Shown: in pieces, positions 62,801-64,000 of the stretch
How the letters are laid out: the number at the start of each line of letters is the position of its first letter
How positions within the stretch are numbered: position 1 is the first letter of the stretch
Source: Malacoraja senta
Taxonomy: Eukaryota
Direction: 5' to 3'
DNA: 64,000 nucleotides
Assembly (NCBI GenBank): GCA_038087875.1
Contig: JAXLNO010000511.1
Span: 248,001 to 312,000 of the forward strand
The notes under the pieces: model-generated
What the model was told of the DNA's origin: nothing
What the model saw: only the letters and a program-made list of their open reading frames with translations
Databases searched by the model: none
Position numbers and translations under genes: made by a program

Positions 62801-64000
62801 TCACGTCCTGAAGGTTCATCACTTTTGTCGTGCTGAATTTTCATTGCTTTTCGCAGGCTGACTTTTTGTCACTTTTCACGTGCTGTATTTTTGTCACTTT
62901 TCGCATGCTGAATTTTCGTTGCTTTTCACGTGCTGGTTTCGTCGCTTTTGGCATGCTCAAGTTTCGTCGCTTATCGTGGCTTATCGCGACCTGAATTTAC
63001 GTCGCTTTTCGTGTGCTGAATTTTGTCGCTTTTCGCGTGCTTCATTTTCCTCACTTTTCGCATACTGGGTTCGTTGCTTTTAGCATGGTAAATTTAAGTC
63101 GCTTTTACTGTACTTCATTTTCATCGCTTTTCGCATCATGAGGGTTCGTCGCTTTTCACATGCTGAATTTTCGTCAATTTCCGCATGGTGAATTTTCGTT
63201 GCTTTTCGCGTGCTGAATTTTCGTCGCTGGCTGAATTTTCCTCACTTTTCATGTGCTGAAATTTTGTCGCTTTGCACGTGCTGAGATTTTCGTCACTTTA
63301 TGTGTCCCGATGTTTTGTTGCTTTTCGCGTCCTCAATTTACGTCGCTTTTTGTGTGCTGAATTTTTGTAGATTTTCAGATGCTGAATGTTCATCACTTTT
63401 CACGTTCTGAAATTTCGTCACTTTTCGCATGCTGAATTTTCGTCGCCTTTCGCATGCTTCATTTTCATCGCCTTTCCCGTGCATCATTTTTTATCACTAC
63501 GCTTCTTGAAGGTTCGTCGCTTTTCGCATGCTGAAGTTTCGTCGCTTTTCTCATCCTGAATTTACTTCGTTTTTATGTGCTGAATTTTCGTCGCTTTGCA
63601 TGTTCTGAAATTTCGTCACTTTCTGTGTACTGAATTTTCGTCGCTATTCGCGTGCTGAATTTTTGTCGCTTTTCGCAGGCTGAGTTTTCGTCGCTTTTTG
63701 CATACTGTATTTATTTCACTTTTCGCGACTGAATTTTTGTCGCTTTTCACGTTCTGAAATTTCGTCGCTTTTCGCAAGCTGAATTTTCGTCGCTTTTCCC
63801 ATGCTTTATTTTCATCGCTTTTCACGTCCTCAAGGTTCGTCACTTTTCGCATGCTGATGTTTCGTCACTTTTCGCTTCCTGAACTTACGTCGCTTTTCAT
63901 GTGCTGAAATTATGTCGCTTTGCACGTGGTGAAATTTTCGTCGCTTTATGTTTTGTAGATTTTCGCATGCTGAATTTTCGTCACATTTCATGTGCTGAAT
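59840..64000 (+). repeat. 25-bp satellite array, subfamily B, continuing the roughly 3.2-kb higher-order repeat
   Basis: ORF twins 60343/63616 (offset 3273); 61936 is equivalent to 50692 and 53864. Confidence 0.97.

Noticed and set aside
902..63852. Well over 100 short K/R-rich or F/S-rich ORFs (MKIQHAKSDENSAREKRRKFST type, up to 216 aa)
   Set aside because: They are translations of the 25-bp satellite (three monomers give 25 codons), occur in all frames and follow array orientation.
1..64000. CRISPR-like regular repeats
   Set aside because: Monomers are head-to-tail with no unique spacers, there are no cas genes, and the context is vertebrate.

Overview
Eukaryotic, gene-poor heterochromatin-like window, most likely from a cartilaginous fish (inferred from a V-SINE/HE1-like SINE plus Penelope, CR1, Tc1 and fish-type L1 repeats). 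About 47 kb is one CpG-rich 25-bp satellite (consensus TGCTGAATTTTCGTCGCTTTTCGCG) with kb-scale higher-order duplications (about 0.88, 1.23, 1.7 and 3.17 kb), two sequence subfamilies and a 7.1-kb inverted block (27415-34566). Two minus-strand L1 LINEs sit in the satellite. The older one (2255-10625, 11-bp TSD) is frameshifted and carries a nested, doubly deleted Gypsy LTR element whose primer site is a 33-nt copy of a tRNA-Leu 3' end. The younger one (55170-59839) is 5'-truncated, has an intact 1263-aa ORF2 and is flanked by a 112-bp perfect target duplication. A 3.9-kb non-satellite island (36721-40597) holds a motif-dense GC-rich promoter-like segment, TE fragments, a diverged 25-bp satellite variant and a 37-bp minisatellite. 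No host protein-coding gene is evident; the many short K/R-rich ORFs are satellite translation artefacts. All comparisons were made by eye, and I cannot claim a new biological system from sequence alone.
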